Part shown: positions 1-9,316 of the stretch, one piece after another | Layout: the number at the start of each line of letters is the position of its first letter | How positions within the stretch are numbered: the first letter of the stretch is position 1 | Assembly: GCA_043801155.1 (NCBI GenBank) | Contig: JAZDMI010000021.1 | Span: 130,683-194,682 of the forward strand | DNA: 64,000 nt | Reading direction: 5' to 3' | Source of the DNA: Candidatus Gottesmanbacteria bacterium | GTDB lineage: Bacteria > Patescibacteriota > Microgenomatia > JAMCYU01 | The notes under the pieces: model-generated | Databases searched by the model: none | Seen by the model: only the letters and a program-made list of their open reading frames with translations | Told to the model about the DNA's origin: nothing | Translations under genes and position numbers: made by a program

Positions 1-936
1 GAATTTAAAAGAGATGTTCGGGGTGAGAAAGATCTGGGACCTCAAGATGAAATGGATATCGGTAAGTGGGCTTTGAAAAATTATCAAAGCGACTTAGTTA
101 CGATTACTCATTTCCCAACGAAAAAAAGAGCTTTCTATACCATGCCGGATCCCCAGGATCCGGAATATAGTTTAAGTTATGATCTTTTATTCCGGGGCTT
201 GGAGATTTTAAGCGGCAGCCAAAGAATTAATGATTATGATGAGTTAGTGAAAGCGATTAGTGATCGAGGTATGGACCCTAAAAATTTTGCAATGTATTTA
301 ATGGCTTTTAAATATGGTATGCCTCCGGAAGGTGGATTTTCTTTTGGCCTTGAGCGGATGACAAAAAATATTCTAAACTTAGAAAATATCCGTCAGGCTA
401 GTCTTTTCCCCAGGGATATGGAAAGAGTGGATATGAGATTAAGTCAAGACACTACATCGTCATTGCGAGCGAAGCGAAGCAATCTCTACGACGAAATAAT
501 TTCTCTTTTGGATTCTAACAACATTAAATATGAGACATTTGAACATCAGCCGGTTTTTACTTCAGAAGAGGCAGCAAAAATCCGTGGTACCAAGCTTTCT
601 CAAGGTGCCAAAGCCCTAATAATGATCGGAGATAAAAATCCCATAATGGTAGTTTTGCCGGCTGATAGAAAAGCAGATTTTAAGAAAATAAAATCTTCTC
701 TTGAAATAAAGAACTTAGAGATGGCAACTCCTGAAGATGTTAAAGAAGTAAGTGGAGTAGAAATCGGAGCAGTACCACCATTTGGTAATTTACTGGGTAT
801 TCCCCTCTACGTAGATATTCATCTAAAAGGAGAGAAAGAAATTGTTTTTAATGCCGGGTTGCATACTAAATCAATAAAGATGAAATGTGATGATTTTGAA
901 AAGGTAACGAGTCCTATTATTGGTGATTATTCCTAA
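1..936 (+). CDS. aspS: Aspartyl-tRNA synthetase (non-discriminating/archaeal-like type), 3' part, fused to a C-terminal YbaK/ProX tRNA-editing domain; 5'-truncated by the window
   Basis: Frame is open from base 1. Motifs YDLLFRGLEILSGSQR and YGMPPEGGFSFGLER...FPRD, then YbaK motifs (GAKAL, GAVPPFG, FNAG). Confidence 0.88.
   Translation, partial: EFKRDVRGEKDLGPQDEMDIGKWALKNYQSDLVTITHFPTKKRAFYTMPDPQDPEYSLSYDLLFRGLEILSGSQRINDYDELVKAISDRGMDPKNFAMYLMAFKYGMPPEGGFSFGLERMTKNILNLENIRQASLFPRDMERVDMRLSQDTTSSLRAKRSNLYDEIISLLDSNNIKYETFEHQPVFTSEEAAKIRGTKLSQGAKALIMIGDKNPIMVVLPADRKADFKKIKSSLEIKNLEMATPEDVKEVSGVEIGAVPPFGNLLGIPLYVDIHLKGEKEIVFNAGLHTKSIKMKCDDFEKVTSPIIGDYS
458..486 (+). repeat. Palindromic arm L, copy 1 (CGTCATTGCGAGCGAAGCGAAGCAATCTC), in frame within the aspS-ybaK linker
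   Basis: Identical over 29 nt to 4520..4548; read as SSLRAKRSNL. Confidence 0.9.
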
Positions 937-953
937 GATTTCATTATTGTTTA

Positions 954-988
954 AGATTGCTTCGTCACTTCGTTCCTCGCAATGACGA
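954..988 (-). repeat. Palindromic arm R, copy 1 (inverted relative to arm L)
   Basis: AGATTGCTTCGTCACTTCGTTCCTCGCAATGACGA, near-identical to 4858..4893; its reverse complement matches both ends of arm L. Confidence 0.9.
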
Positions 989-1003
989 AGAGAATAACTA
1001 TTT

Positions 1004-1954
1004 ATGGCAAAACGGATTATTAAAAACAAAAAAATTTCTATATTTACTTTGCTTCTCTTTATATTAATACTGCTAATATTTCTTTTTCTTCCTGGGCAAA
1101 ATATTTATCAACAAAGTATTAAGCAGGGAAGACCTTTGGTTGCCGGCGTTCATTTTGTAGTTCCGTCACCAGCCCCATACCCAATAAATATGACTGGTAT
1201 TTTACCTCCGGATATAACTGCTCAAGGAGTTATTATCAGTGACATTTCATCAAGAGTAATACTTTTTGAAAAAAATCCCAAAATAAAAATGGCTCCGGCC
1301 TCGACAACAAAAATAATGAGCGCCATTGTTGCCTTAGAAAAATTTAAAAAGGATGACGTATTAACAGTTAATACCGTGATTACCGAAGGTAAAAAAATGA
1401 GCTTAATTCCCGGAGAGAAATTTACTTTTGAAAATCTCCTTTACGGTATGCTGGTTGATTCGGCTAATGATGCCACCTACACTATTGCCGAAAATTACCC
1501 AGGCGGAGTTACAAATTTTGTCCAAGCAATGAATAAGAAAGCCCAGGATCTTTTTCTTCAGGATACAAACTTTACCAACCCAATTGGTTTTGAAGATAAT
1601 AATCACTATACAACTGCAGCTGATTTAGCCCGTTTATCAACATATGCGTTAAATAATTCCGATATTATTAGGATCGTAGGGATTCCGGCGATTACTATTT
1701 CTGATATTACTTTTACGCGATTTTACTCGATGGAGAATGTTAATCAATTATTGGGTAAAATCCCGGGCGTATTTGGTTTTAAGACCGGCTGGACGGAAAA
1801 TGCTGGCGAATGTTTAGTCACGACAATTGAAAGAGGAGATAAAAAAATCTTAATTATTATTTTAGGAAGTAAGGATCGGTTTGGGGAAACAAAATTATTG
1901 ATAGATTGGGTTTTTACGAATTTTTCTTGGCAGACTATTGCCCAACCCACGTAG
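1004..1954 (+). CDS. D-alanyl-D-alanine carboxypeptidase (peptidase S11)
   Basis: PASTTK (SxxK), SAN and KTG motifs; N-terminal membrane anchor. Confidence 0.9.
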   Translation: MAKRIIKNKKISIFTLLLFILILLIFLFLPGQNIYQQSIKQGRPLVAGVHFVVPSPAPYPINMTGILPPDITAQGVIISDISSRVILFEKNPKIKMAPASTTKIMSAIVALEKFKKDDVLTVNTVITEGKKMSLIPGEKFTFENLLYGMLVDSANDATYTIAENYPGGVTNFVQAMNKKAQDLFLQDTNFTNPIGFEDNNHYTTAADLARLSTYALNNSDIIRIVGIPAITISDITFTRFYSMENVNQLLGKIPGVFGFKTGWTENAGECLVTTIERGDKKILIIILGSKDRFGETKLLIDWVFTNFSWQTIAQPT

Positions 1955-2990
1955 GATTGACAGCTGATATATAAGCTAAAAAGTTAGGATCTCCCTCAAA
2001 AACATAAATTGGCTGTAAAAATTCTTGATAATCTGCTGGATAATAATAAGCCAAATAGATTTTTCTAATTGTAATAGAGGTAGCATTCTGGCCAATATTA
2101 ATAATAAAACTTTTGCCGCTTCTTAACTCATCCCAGGCATTAGCCGCACTTTTTAACGGATAGGTAGCTTGTTGATAATTATCAATTTGCCAGAAGTAAT
2201 ATGATAATTCAAGAATACGCTTAGATGCATCAGTGTTTCCGGAAAATAGAAAATATATAGGCTCATATGGGTGGTTAGCCGAAAATAACGGCAGGTTGAG
2301 TATATTTTCTCGGGAAAAATCTACCCTGACGGCATCGGCATTTGACATACTCGTTGTTAATATTAGATTATTACCAGAAAGTTGCCAATAACTAACTGCT
2401 GTTTTGCCATTATTTAAAGTAGTAGGAAAAAGAGATAATTCTTTTAGATATTCGCTGGCTTCAGTAATCGCTTTATCTTTAGTGGGTAAATTCTTTTCTG
2501 TAAATAGGGAGATATCGAGTGAATAATCATATGTCATTTTAAAATTTCCGTTTACAATATTCATTTTTAAAACCCGTAATGGATTTAAATTATCTTGCCA
2601 TCGATACGTGGTTGCATTTTCGGATTCGGGTTCAGAATAAAAACCTAATTTGCTAGCAAATTGTTTAGCCCGACTAAAAGATAACAAATTAGCGCTTGGT
2701 TTAGAGATAAAAAAAACATTAGCAGTTGATGAGGCGACGCTTGGAGCTCCTTCAATAGTCTCTAGCTTATAAGTCAGATTGGCTGACGGTGATGCACCGG
2801 AGGGAAATTTTAAAGCGGGTAACTTACCAAAGGCAACAGTTGGCGGAGGCGGGGCTGGGGGAAAAGTCTTGCGCCAAACATCAATCGCCATCCCAAATAA
2901 AAATTTTAGAATAAAAAAGATTATCAGACCAATAATTCCCCATTGAATACTTTTCCTAGAATAATAAGCAGTTTCAGTTAAAGTTGCCAT
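1935..2990 (-). CDS. Hypothetical membrane-anchored protein
   Basis: 351-aa ORF with an N-terminal TM segment and a Pro-rich linker. Confidence 0.75.
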   Translation of the reverse strand: MATLTETAYYSRKSIQWGIIGLIIFFILKFLFGMAIDVWRKTFPPAPPPPTVAFGKLPALKFPSGASPSANLTYKLETIEGAPSVASSTANVFFISKPSANLLSFSRAKQFASKLGFYSEPESENATTYRWQDNLNPLRVLKMNIVNGNFKMTYDYSLDISLFTEKNLPTKDKAITEASEYLKELSLFPTTLNNGKTAVSYWQLSGNNLILTTSMSNADAVRVDFSRENILNLPLFSANHPYEPIYFLFSGNTDASKRILELSYYFWQIDNYQQATYPLKSAANAWDELRSGKSFIINIGQNATSITIRKIYLAYYYPADYQEFLQPIYVFEGDPNFLAYISAVNPTWVGQ

Positions 2991-3010
2991 CCTTCGACAA
3001 GCTCAGGATG
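2988..3010. repeat. REP-like mini-palindrome CATCCT-TCGACAAGCTC-AGGATG
   Basis: 6-bp inverted repeat around TCGACAAGCTC, overlapping the start codon of the minus-strand gene. Confidence 0.6.
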
Positions 3011-3066
3011 AATAGATCCTGGGCAGATAGATTGAGTATAGCATTAGCCTGTGTTAGAATTCAATC

Positions 3067-4509
3067 ATGACTGTTCGAACCCGCATTGCTCCATCGCCGA
3101 CAGGCGAAGATTTACACATTGGGAATGTCTATACTGCCCTGATTAATTTTATCTTTGCTAAACAAAATCAAGGAAAGTTCATCATTAGGATTGAAGATAC
3201 CGATCAGACCCGGTTAGTATCCGGTTCAGAAAATAAGATATTAGACTCTCTTTGTTGGTTGGGATTAGCTTATGATGAAGGACCGGATATCGGAGGCCCC
3301 TATGCTCCTTATCGTCAATCAGACAGGTTAAAATTATATAAACAATATGCTCAAGAACTGGTTAAAGTTGGCGCAGCTTATCATTGTTTTTGTACGCCGC
3401 AAATTTTAGAAAAGATGCACCAGGATCAGTTTAGCAAAAATCTTCCTCCTCGATATGATCAGCGTTGTCGACATCTAAATAACGAAGAGATACAAAAAAG
3501 ACTCAAAAACGGCGACCCCCATGTTATTCGGCTTAAGGTTCCGCAAGCCGGCCAAACAAGATTTACTGATTTAATCAGAGGGGAGATTGTTTTCGAAAAT
3601 GGTTTAATTGATGATCAAGTGCTTCTGAAATCAGATGGTTTTCCAACTTATCACTTAGGAGTAGTAGTCGATGACCACCTAATGGAAATCAGTCACGTAA
3701 TCAGAGCTGAAGAATGGATTTCGTCAACCCCCAAACATATTCTTATTTATAAAGCCTTTGGTTGGGATATACCTTTTTTTGCTCATACTCCATTGCTTCG
3801 TAACCCGGACCACGCAAAGCTTTCAAAGCGCAAAAATCCAGTTTGGCTTTCTTGGTATAAAGAACAGGGATATTTACCAGAGGCGATTTTAAACTATTTA
3901 GCCTTAATGGGTTGGGCGTATCCTAAGGGCAAAGAAATATTTTCCTTAGATGAGCTGACAAAAGCATTCAAACTTGAAAAGATTCAGACAACCGGACCGG
4001 TTTTTGATTTAACAAAACTAGAATGGCTCAACGGATCATATATAAGACAAAAAACACCTAACGAATTAATGGATTTATTATTGTCCTATTCTACCGCTAT
4101 GGTCATACAAAAAACGCCACCGGAAAAGCTTAAACAAATTATAACTCTTATTCAGGACAGAATGAGGAAACTGGCAGACTTTAAAGAGCTAACTGATTTT
4201 TTCTTTAATAAGCCAACCGTTGACTTAGAATTGCTATTGGCTGGGAAATCAAAAGAAGATATAGAAAAAGTTTTAGGGATGACCATATTCCGGTTTGAAA
4301 AAATAAATGAATGGACCGTTAAAAAAATTGAACAGGAAACATTGGGGGCAGTATCAGAAACCGGATTTAAAACTGGTGATTACTTTATGATTATAAGAGT
4401 AGCCATAACAGGTTTGTCTGCCACTCCACCAATTAATGAAACGATGGAAATTTTAGGCAAAGATGAAACAATAGATCGTCTGAAAACAGCACTTGGGAAA
4501 ATAAAGTAA
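3067..4509 (+). CDS. gltX: Glutamate--tRNA ligase
   Basis: RTRIAPSPTG, HIGN, RIEDTD and KLSKR motifs. Confidence 0.97.
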   Translation: MTVRTRIAPSPTGEDLHIGNVYTALINFIFAKQNQGKFIIRIEDTDQTRLVSGSENKILDSLCWLGLAYDEGPDIGGPYAPYRQSDRLKLYKQYAQELVKVGAAYHCFCTPQILEKMHQDQFSKNLPPRYDQRCRHLNNEEIQKRLKNGDPHVIRLKVPQAGQTRFTDLIRGEIVFENGLIDDQVLLKSDGFPTYHLGVVVDDHLMEISHVIRAEEWISSTPKHILIYKAFGWDIPFFAHTPLLRNPDHAKLSKRKNPVWLSWYKEQGYLPEAILNYLALMGWAYPKGKEIFSLDELTKAFKLEKIQTTGPVFDLTKLEWLNGSYIRQKTPNELMDLLLSYSTAMVIQKTPPEKLKQIITLIQDRMRKLADFKELTDFFFNKPTVDLELLLAGKSKEDIEKVLGMTIFRFEKINEWTVKKIEQETLGAVSETGFKTGDYFMIIRVAITGLSATPPINETMEILGKDETIDRLKTALGKIK

Positions 4510-4519
4510 AGATAATTTC

Positions 4520-4893
4520 CGTCATTGCGAGCGAAGCGAAGCAATCTCGTCAAATAGTCTAATGAGAAATAGGCAATCGTTTGTTTATATAGCAACAAAC
4601 AAGTTTAATTCTGTCTTGTATACAGGTGTAACCGGTGATTTAATAAAGCGTGGCTACGAACATAAAATAGGAGTAGTTTCTGGATTTACATCAAAATACA
4701 AAATTCACAAACTGGTATATTACGAAATATTTGACGATATAAGCGAAGCGATAAAAAGAGAGAAACAAATTAAGGATGGGTCTAGAAAGAAGAAAATAGA
4801 ACTGGTTATGAAAATGAATCCGGAGTTTAGAGATTTATATGAGGATATTGTTAAATAAGATTGCTTCGTCATTTTCGTTCCTCGCAATGACGA
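4520..4893 (+). mobile_element. Candidate minimal element: arm L (4520..4548), GIY-YIG nuclease gene, inverted arm R (4858..4893)
   Basis: Inverted palindromic arms tightly flank the nuclease ORF, and the same arm pair occurs at 458..988. Confidence 0.65.
4562..4858 (+). CDS. Small GIY-YIG nuclease family protein (YhbQ/UPF0213-like)
   Basis: FVYIA...LYTGVT...R..EH, FTSKY, LVYYE, AIKREKQIK. Confidence 0.9.
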   Translation: MRNRQSFVYIATNKFNSVLYTGVTGDLIKRGYEHKIGVVSGFTSKYKIHKLVYYEIFDDISEAIKREKQIKDGSRKKKIELVMKMNPEFRDLYEDIVK

Positions 4894-4902
4894 TGAGAGA
4901 AA

Positions 4903-5262
4903 ATGAAAAGACAATATAAATACAAAAATTTTCAGCATCATAATTTAGCTTCCGGCCACTGGAGAGATTTCAGCCTAATTGAACAATTAGCTAATATAGG
5001 CAGTGAAGTGGAACGATCAATTAAATGGCGATCTAAAGGGGACAATGAAACGAGCAAAAATGCTTTTATAAGAGCCTTAGAACTTTTCGATTTGACGATA
5101 GGTGATCCTAAAAATAAAAATAGACTAAAGGAAGTTTGTCGAGCCAGAGAATTATTCTGTGATTTTTTTATCGGAACAAATCAATATCATCAAATCGCTA
5201 AACAATGGTGTGACTATTTTTATCAATTTGCTTATCTTGCCCAAAATAGGAAAAATTTGTAA
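4903..5262 (+). CDS. Hypothetical protein, predicted helical
   Basis: 119-aa ORF with coding-like composition (EQLANIGSEVER, RALEL). Confidence 0.7.
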   Translation: MKRQYKYKNFQHHNLASGHWRDFSLIEQLANIGSEVERSIKWRSKGDNETSKNAFIRALELFDLTIGDPKNKNRLKEVCRARELFCDFFIGTNQYHQIAKQWCDYFYQFAYLAQNRKNL

Positions 5263-5344
5263 TTAACTTTATTACTTCAAAGCAATATAGTAGCTTCATA
5301 TGAAATTGTTTTATCTTTTATTTCTATGTTAAAATACTTCTAAT

Positions 5345-5416
5345 TGCCGAGTGGTGTAGTGGTAACACGTCTGCCTCTGGAGCAGAAGACCCTAGGTCCG
5401 AATCCTAGCTCGGCAG
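5345..5416 (+). tRNA. tRNA-Gln(CTG), CCA not encoded
   Basis: Acceptor stem TGCCGAG/CTCGGCA; anticodon arm TCTGC-CTCTGGA-GCAGA; T arm CTAGG-TCCGAAT-CCTAG. Confidence 0.93.
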
Positions 5417-5464
5417 CCGAACAAGTCGGAGTAATCGGCTTAAGTTAAATGACAAACGCTACAT

Positions 5465-6253
5465 ATGGTCGGTGAAAACTCAGTGTCTCGTCAACAAAAC
5501 ATACATGACTATGACAGTTTCGGAACCAAGATAACGGCCGAAGAGATTAAAGGATATTATAACTTGAGGTTCAAGCCCGAAGAACTGAGGCTTATCGATT
5601 CCATATCCTTGCAAATCAAAGAACTTAAAGAGGAATACCCAATATTGTCTCAAGCAGATTTAGTTATTGAAGGTGGAGTAGGATCCGAAGACGTGATGAG
5701 GGAAATAGTTAGGGTTATATATCCATACCCCAAAGCTTTGTATGCCGGTATGGATTTAAATTCAATTTGGGAAAGGATGCATGGGCCGCGATACAAGTTG
5801 ATGGTGGATGAGAACAGAGCTCAGCAATTAAGTGAGGCCAATCGAACCTCTATTCCAGCATTTAGCTACGATGAAAAAATCTGCGCTAATTGCTTTGACT
5901 ATAGTTTGGTGAAAGATTTATCGCATAAATTAGGACGCCATTTTCCTTTATTGGTTTCATTTAATGCTTTAGGTGCGCTAAGCGATCCGTACAATTGGGG
6001 TCCTGATGAAGATCGTGATGTAAAAAAACCCGAGGACAGTCATCCGCTAGAACACTGGTTTTCTAAAGATAGTCCATATATTGCCCAGATCCATTTTTCT
6101 CATGAGCCTATTAGGTTTAAGAACGTTTTTACTAACGAAATGAATTTGCGTTTTCAGTTTGAAGACTTATGCTCCTGCGCGAGGCGGTTCAATCTCCAAA
6201 TAGCAGAAGTAAAAAACGGTTTAGTAATCTTTGGTTATAATTCAGGACTATAG
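5465..6253 (+). CDS. Hypothetical protein, possible degenerate SAM-methyltransferase fold
   Basis: 262-aa ORF; VIEGGVGSE...AGMDL resembles methyltransferase motifs I/II only weakly. Confidence 0.55.
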   Translation: MVGENSVSRQQNIHDYDSFGTKITAEEIKGYYNLRFKPEELRLIDSISLQIKELKEEYPILSQADLVIEGGVGSEDVMREIVRVIYPYPKALYAGMDLNSIWERMHGPRYKLMVDENRAQQLSEANRTSIPAFSYDEKICANCFDYSLVKDLSHKLGRHFPLLVSFNALGALSDPYNWGPDEDRDVKKPEDSHPLEHWFSKDSPYIAQIHFSHEPIRFKNVFTNEMNLRFQFEDLCSCARRFNLQIAEVKNGLVIFGYNSGL

Positions 6254-6371
6254 ATGTATGTAAGAGAGGATATATATGGGGGAAGATAAATGGTTCTAGG
6301 CCGGCCAGCTCGGCCACTTTTTTTAATTATTTTCGAGTGTGATATACTCGGGCAGCCATCCTCTTTAATTT

Positions 6372-6824
6372 ATGAAAAAAGGAATTGATTATATCGGCGT
6401 TTCCGTGGGAGCCTTGATTTTTAATAAAAAGGGAGAAATTTTTTTAACTAAAAGAAGTAAAAATACCAAAAATGAGCATGGTTGTTGGGAAGCACCGGGC
6501 GGAGGAGTTGAATTTGGAGAAACCTTGCAAGATGCGATTAAAAGGGAAATCAAAGAGGAGTATGGAGTTGATATTATTCTTCTTAAACAACTACCAGCTC
6601 AAAATCACCTTCTGCCCAAAGAAAGTCAGCATTGGGTACCAACAAGTTTTATTGCCAAAATAAAAAACGGACAAACACCAAAAATTATGGAGCCGGAGAA
6701 ATGTGACAATCTTGGTTGGTTCCCGTTAAATAAACTTCCCAGACCTCTTTCGGTTATAACAAAATTAGATCTTAAAGCTCTTAAAAAAGATAAAATTAAT
6801 ATCAGCAACTATGAGAGAAAATAA
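6372..6824 (+). CDS. NUDIX hydrolase
   Basis: Nudix box [23 protein letters not shown]. Confidence 0.92.
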   Translation: MKKGIDYIGVSVGALIFNKKGEIFLTKRSKNTKNEHGCWEAPGGGVEFGETLQDAIKREIKEEYGVDIILLKQLPAQNHLLPKESQHWVPTSFIAKIKNGQTPKIMEPEKCDNLGWFPLNKLPRPLSVITKLDLKALKKDKINISNYERK

Positions 6825-7197
6825 GTTAAAAATTCAAATTAATAAGCCTCTTAAGGAAGTTTTTGCTTTTCCTTTAAATCCGGCCAATACACCCAAATGG
6901 ATAAGTTCTCTTATTAAAGAAGAAACTAATGAATGGCCAGTTAAAGTGGGAACAATCTATCGGAATCAAAACAAAGAAGGTAAGTGGGTGGAATATGTGG
7001 TGACGGCTTTTAAAGAAAATGAAATGTTTGAGATGACTTCAGCCGACAGAAACTATCATGTCCGCTATAGCTTTAGACCTTTAAACAACTTTATTACTGA
7101 ACTCGAATATTTTGAATGGGTAAATAAGGGAGAACTCGAAGAACCGTTTACTCAAGAAATATTGAATAAACTGAAGACTGTATTGGAGAAGTCCTAG
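6811..7197 (+). CDS. SRPBCC/polyketide-cyclase-like protein
   Basis: [13 protein letters not shown]...NTPKW start and C-terminal helix LNKLKTVLE. Confidence 0.65.
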   Translation: MRENKLKIQINKPLKEVFAFPLNPANTPKWISSLIKEETNEWPVKVGTIYRNQNKEGKWVEYVVTAFKENEMFEMTSADRNYHVRYSFRPLNNFITELEYFEWVNKGELEEPFTQEILNKLKTVLEKS

Positions 7198-7276
7198 ACC
7201 GGTATGGTGGCAAGTATAGTATAATTACCGAAGAGGCGACGTTTCTTAAGTTTTAGCTACAGGGTACTTAAGTAAT

Positions 7277-7486
7277 ATGGTAGAAGATTGTGAAGTAGGA
7301 TGCTTTTTATTTCACGCTTTAGAGCGTATTGATAGCTCTTTAGCGGATTTAAATAAAGAAGCTAGAAAAGTAGCACAGGAAGGTGGGGAATTTCCTGGTT
7401 CAGCAGGATCGATGTGCGGGGCTTGTGTAACTAGGAAAAAAAATGACACCTCTCTAGAGATAAAAAAAGCGAACCTTAAGCTTTGA
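7277..7486 (+). CDS. Small hypothetical Cys-containing protein
   Basis: 69-aa ORF with CEVGC and CGAC. Confidence 0.35.
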   Translation: MVEDCEVGCFLFHALERIDSSLADLNKEARKVAQEGGEFPGSAGSMCGACVTRKKNDTSLEIKKANLKL

Positions 7487-7542
7487 AACGAAAATGTAAT
7501 TTATTTGACTTGTTAATTGCAACTGATATATCATTAATTAAG

Positions 7543-8370
7543 ATGAATATTAAAAGGTTATTATTGTTAACGTTGTTTTTCTTCTCTATCAGTCTTTTTG
7601 CTCCAAAAACTTCACAAGCAGTTGATTTAAAAGAAGTGCTAACTTCAAATGATTCAATTGTAGTAAGAATACAGGAAGGGATTGAATATTTCTTTGCCTT
7701 CAAGGTTGAAAATAAGGTTAAGGTCTTGGAAAGACAAGCAGAAAAAAGATTAACTATGGCGCAGGGTTATGCTGATAAAGGAAATGATGAAAAGGTAAAT
7801 AATTTATTGCAAAACTACCTGCAAATAAAAGATAGACAGAATGATTTATTAGGGGGAATCAAGGGTGGGGAGATTTTGGGAACGGTTGAAGAAAGAACGA
7901 TCGAACAACAAAAAACAATGGAAGAGATAAAAACTAAGATTGATGAAGATGGGAAGAAAAATGTTGTTCAGGTTCAGGAGCAAGTCGTAAATCAGGTGGC
8001 AAAAAGGGTTATCGATGTAAACGGAAAGGAAGGGGCAACTGAGTTTTTAAATAATGTGGTGCATGTCTGGGCACCCGGAACAGGGCCGGGAGGAGGGGAA
8101 GCGGGAGTAGTATATGCAGGTGGTGGAAAATTAATCTTTGCACCCGGAACAGGGCCGGGAGGACAGGGTGGAGTTGTGATTGAGGGTGGAGAAATGAAGT
8201 TTGCACCAGGGACTTCCGAGGGTGGATCCGGTGGGACTGATATTAAGAATGTGGAAGTAAATACTGGGGGAGGTTCAGAGAGTGGCGGAACAACCGTAGA
8301 AGGTGGAAATCAAAATATGGCTCCGGGGACTACTTCGGGAGGGGAAGGAACAACAGTTATTAAGGAATAA
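7543..8370 (+). CDS. Secreted protein with a helical domain and a Gly-rich APGT-repeat tail
   Basis: Signal peptide from ATG 7543; four (W/F/M)APGT repeats, with a DNA duplication GCACCCGGAACAGGGCCGGGAGGA. Confidence 0.7.
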   Translation: MNIKRLLLLTLFFFSISLFAPKTSQAVDLKEVLTSNDSIVVRIQEGIEYFFAFKVENKVKVLERQAEKRLTMAQGYADKGNDEKVNNLLQNYLQIKDRQNDLLGGIKGGEILGTVEERTIEQQKTMEEIKTKIDEDGKKNVVQVQEQVVNQVAKRVIDVNGKEGATEFLNNVVHVWAPGTGPGGGEAGVVYAGGGKLIFAPGTGPGGQGGVVIEGGEMKFAPGTSEGGSGGTDIKNVEVNTGGGSESGGTTVEGGNQNMAPGTTSGGEGTTVIKE

Positions 8371-8595
8371 ATATTAGTATCAGAATAAGAGATGATAATA
8401 AACCAAACGGCTCCAAAAAATACCTCTATATAATTACCGATAAAAATAAGTTCGAATATTGTAGGGTATTATTAAAATTTGATAAAATTTGGATAAAGAT
8501 AAATTATAAGTGAATAACGGATTTTGTACTTATTATTATTGACTTTTAATTTTAAATAAAGTCTGATATAATGGGCAAATTGATTTGAGGAAAAA

Positions 8596-9240
8596 ATGAA
8601 ACTAAAATCATTATCGAAAAAGATTTCTGCTATTAAATTGGCGTTAAGAAAAAAATACGATAATAATCGTAAGTTGATTATTATTGGTTTAATTTTATTT
8701 CTCCTAGCGACTGGTTTATATAATTTTAAAGGATTATTTGTCGCGGCCATGGTTAATGGTCAGCCAATTTGGCGGATATCAGTAGACCAAGAATTAGAAA
8801 AACAAGCCGGGAGTAAAATCCTTGATTCTTTGATTACTAAGCAATTAGTTCTCCAAGAAGCAGGTAAGCAAAAAGCCAATATATCTGACCAAGAAATAAA
8901 TCAGGGACTTAAGGATTTAGAAGATAGTTTAACTAAGCAAGGACAAAATCTAGATGAGCTTTTAACAGCTCAAGGAATGAGCCGAAATGATATTAAGGAC
9001 CAAATTAAACTGCAAAAGCAAGTTGAAAAAATGGTGGCTAAAGATATAAAAGTTACTGATGCTGACGTTCAAAAATATTATGATGATAATCAAGAGACTT
9101 TGTATCAGGACAAAAAATTTGCAGATGTTAAAGCAGAGATTCAAAAACAATTAGAGCAAGAAAAATTAAATGAAAAAATCCAAACCTGGGTAGAAGACCT
9201 TCGTAAAAAAGCCAAAATTAATTACTTCACCCAATTCTAA
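8596..9240 (+). CDS. SurA N-terminal / PrsA-like chaperone lacking a parvulin domain
   Basis: TM segment, AAMVNGQPI, LITKQLVLQEA, LRKKAKI. Confidence 0.8.
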   Translation: MKLKSLSKKISAIKLALRKKYDNNRKLIIIGLILFLLATGLYNFKGLFVAAMVNGQPIWRISVDQELEKQAGSKILDSLITKQLVLQEAGKQKANISDQEINQGLKDLEDSLTKQGQNLDELLTAQGMSRNDIKDQIKLQKQVEKMVAKDIKVTDADVQKYYDDNQETLYQDKKFADVKAEIQKQLEQEKLNEKIQTWVEDLRKKAKINYFTQF

Positions 9241-9316
9241 ACAGATAACTTCAGAGTCGCTACAATCATTACTAACACTAATGAATGTGAATTCTGTTTA
9301 ACACACATTTTCTTAC

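Noticed and set aside
8372-8750. Minus-strand ORF 8472..8750 and a hydrophobic open stretch near 8372..8465
   Set aside because: The ORF is mostly antisense to the SurA-like gene. The hydrophobic stretch lacks a start and is explained by AT-rich composition.
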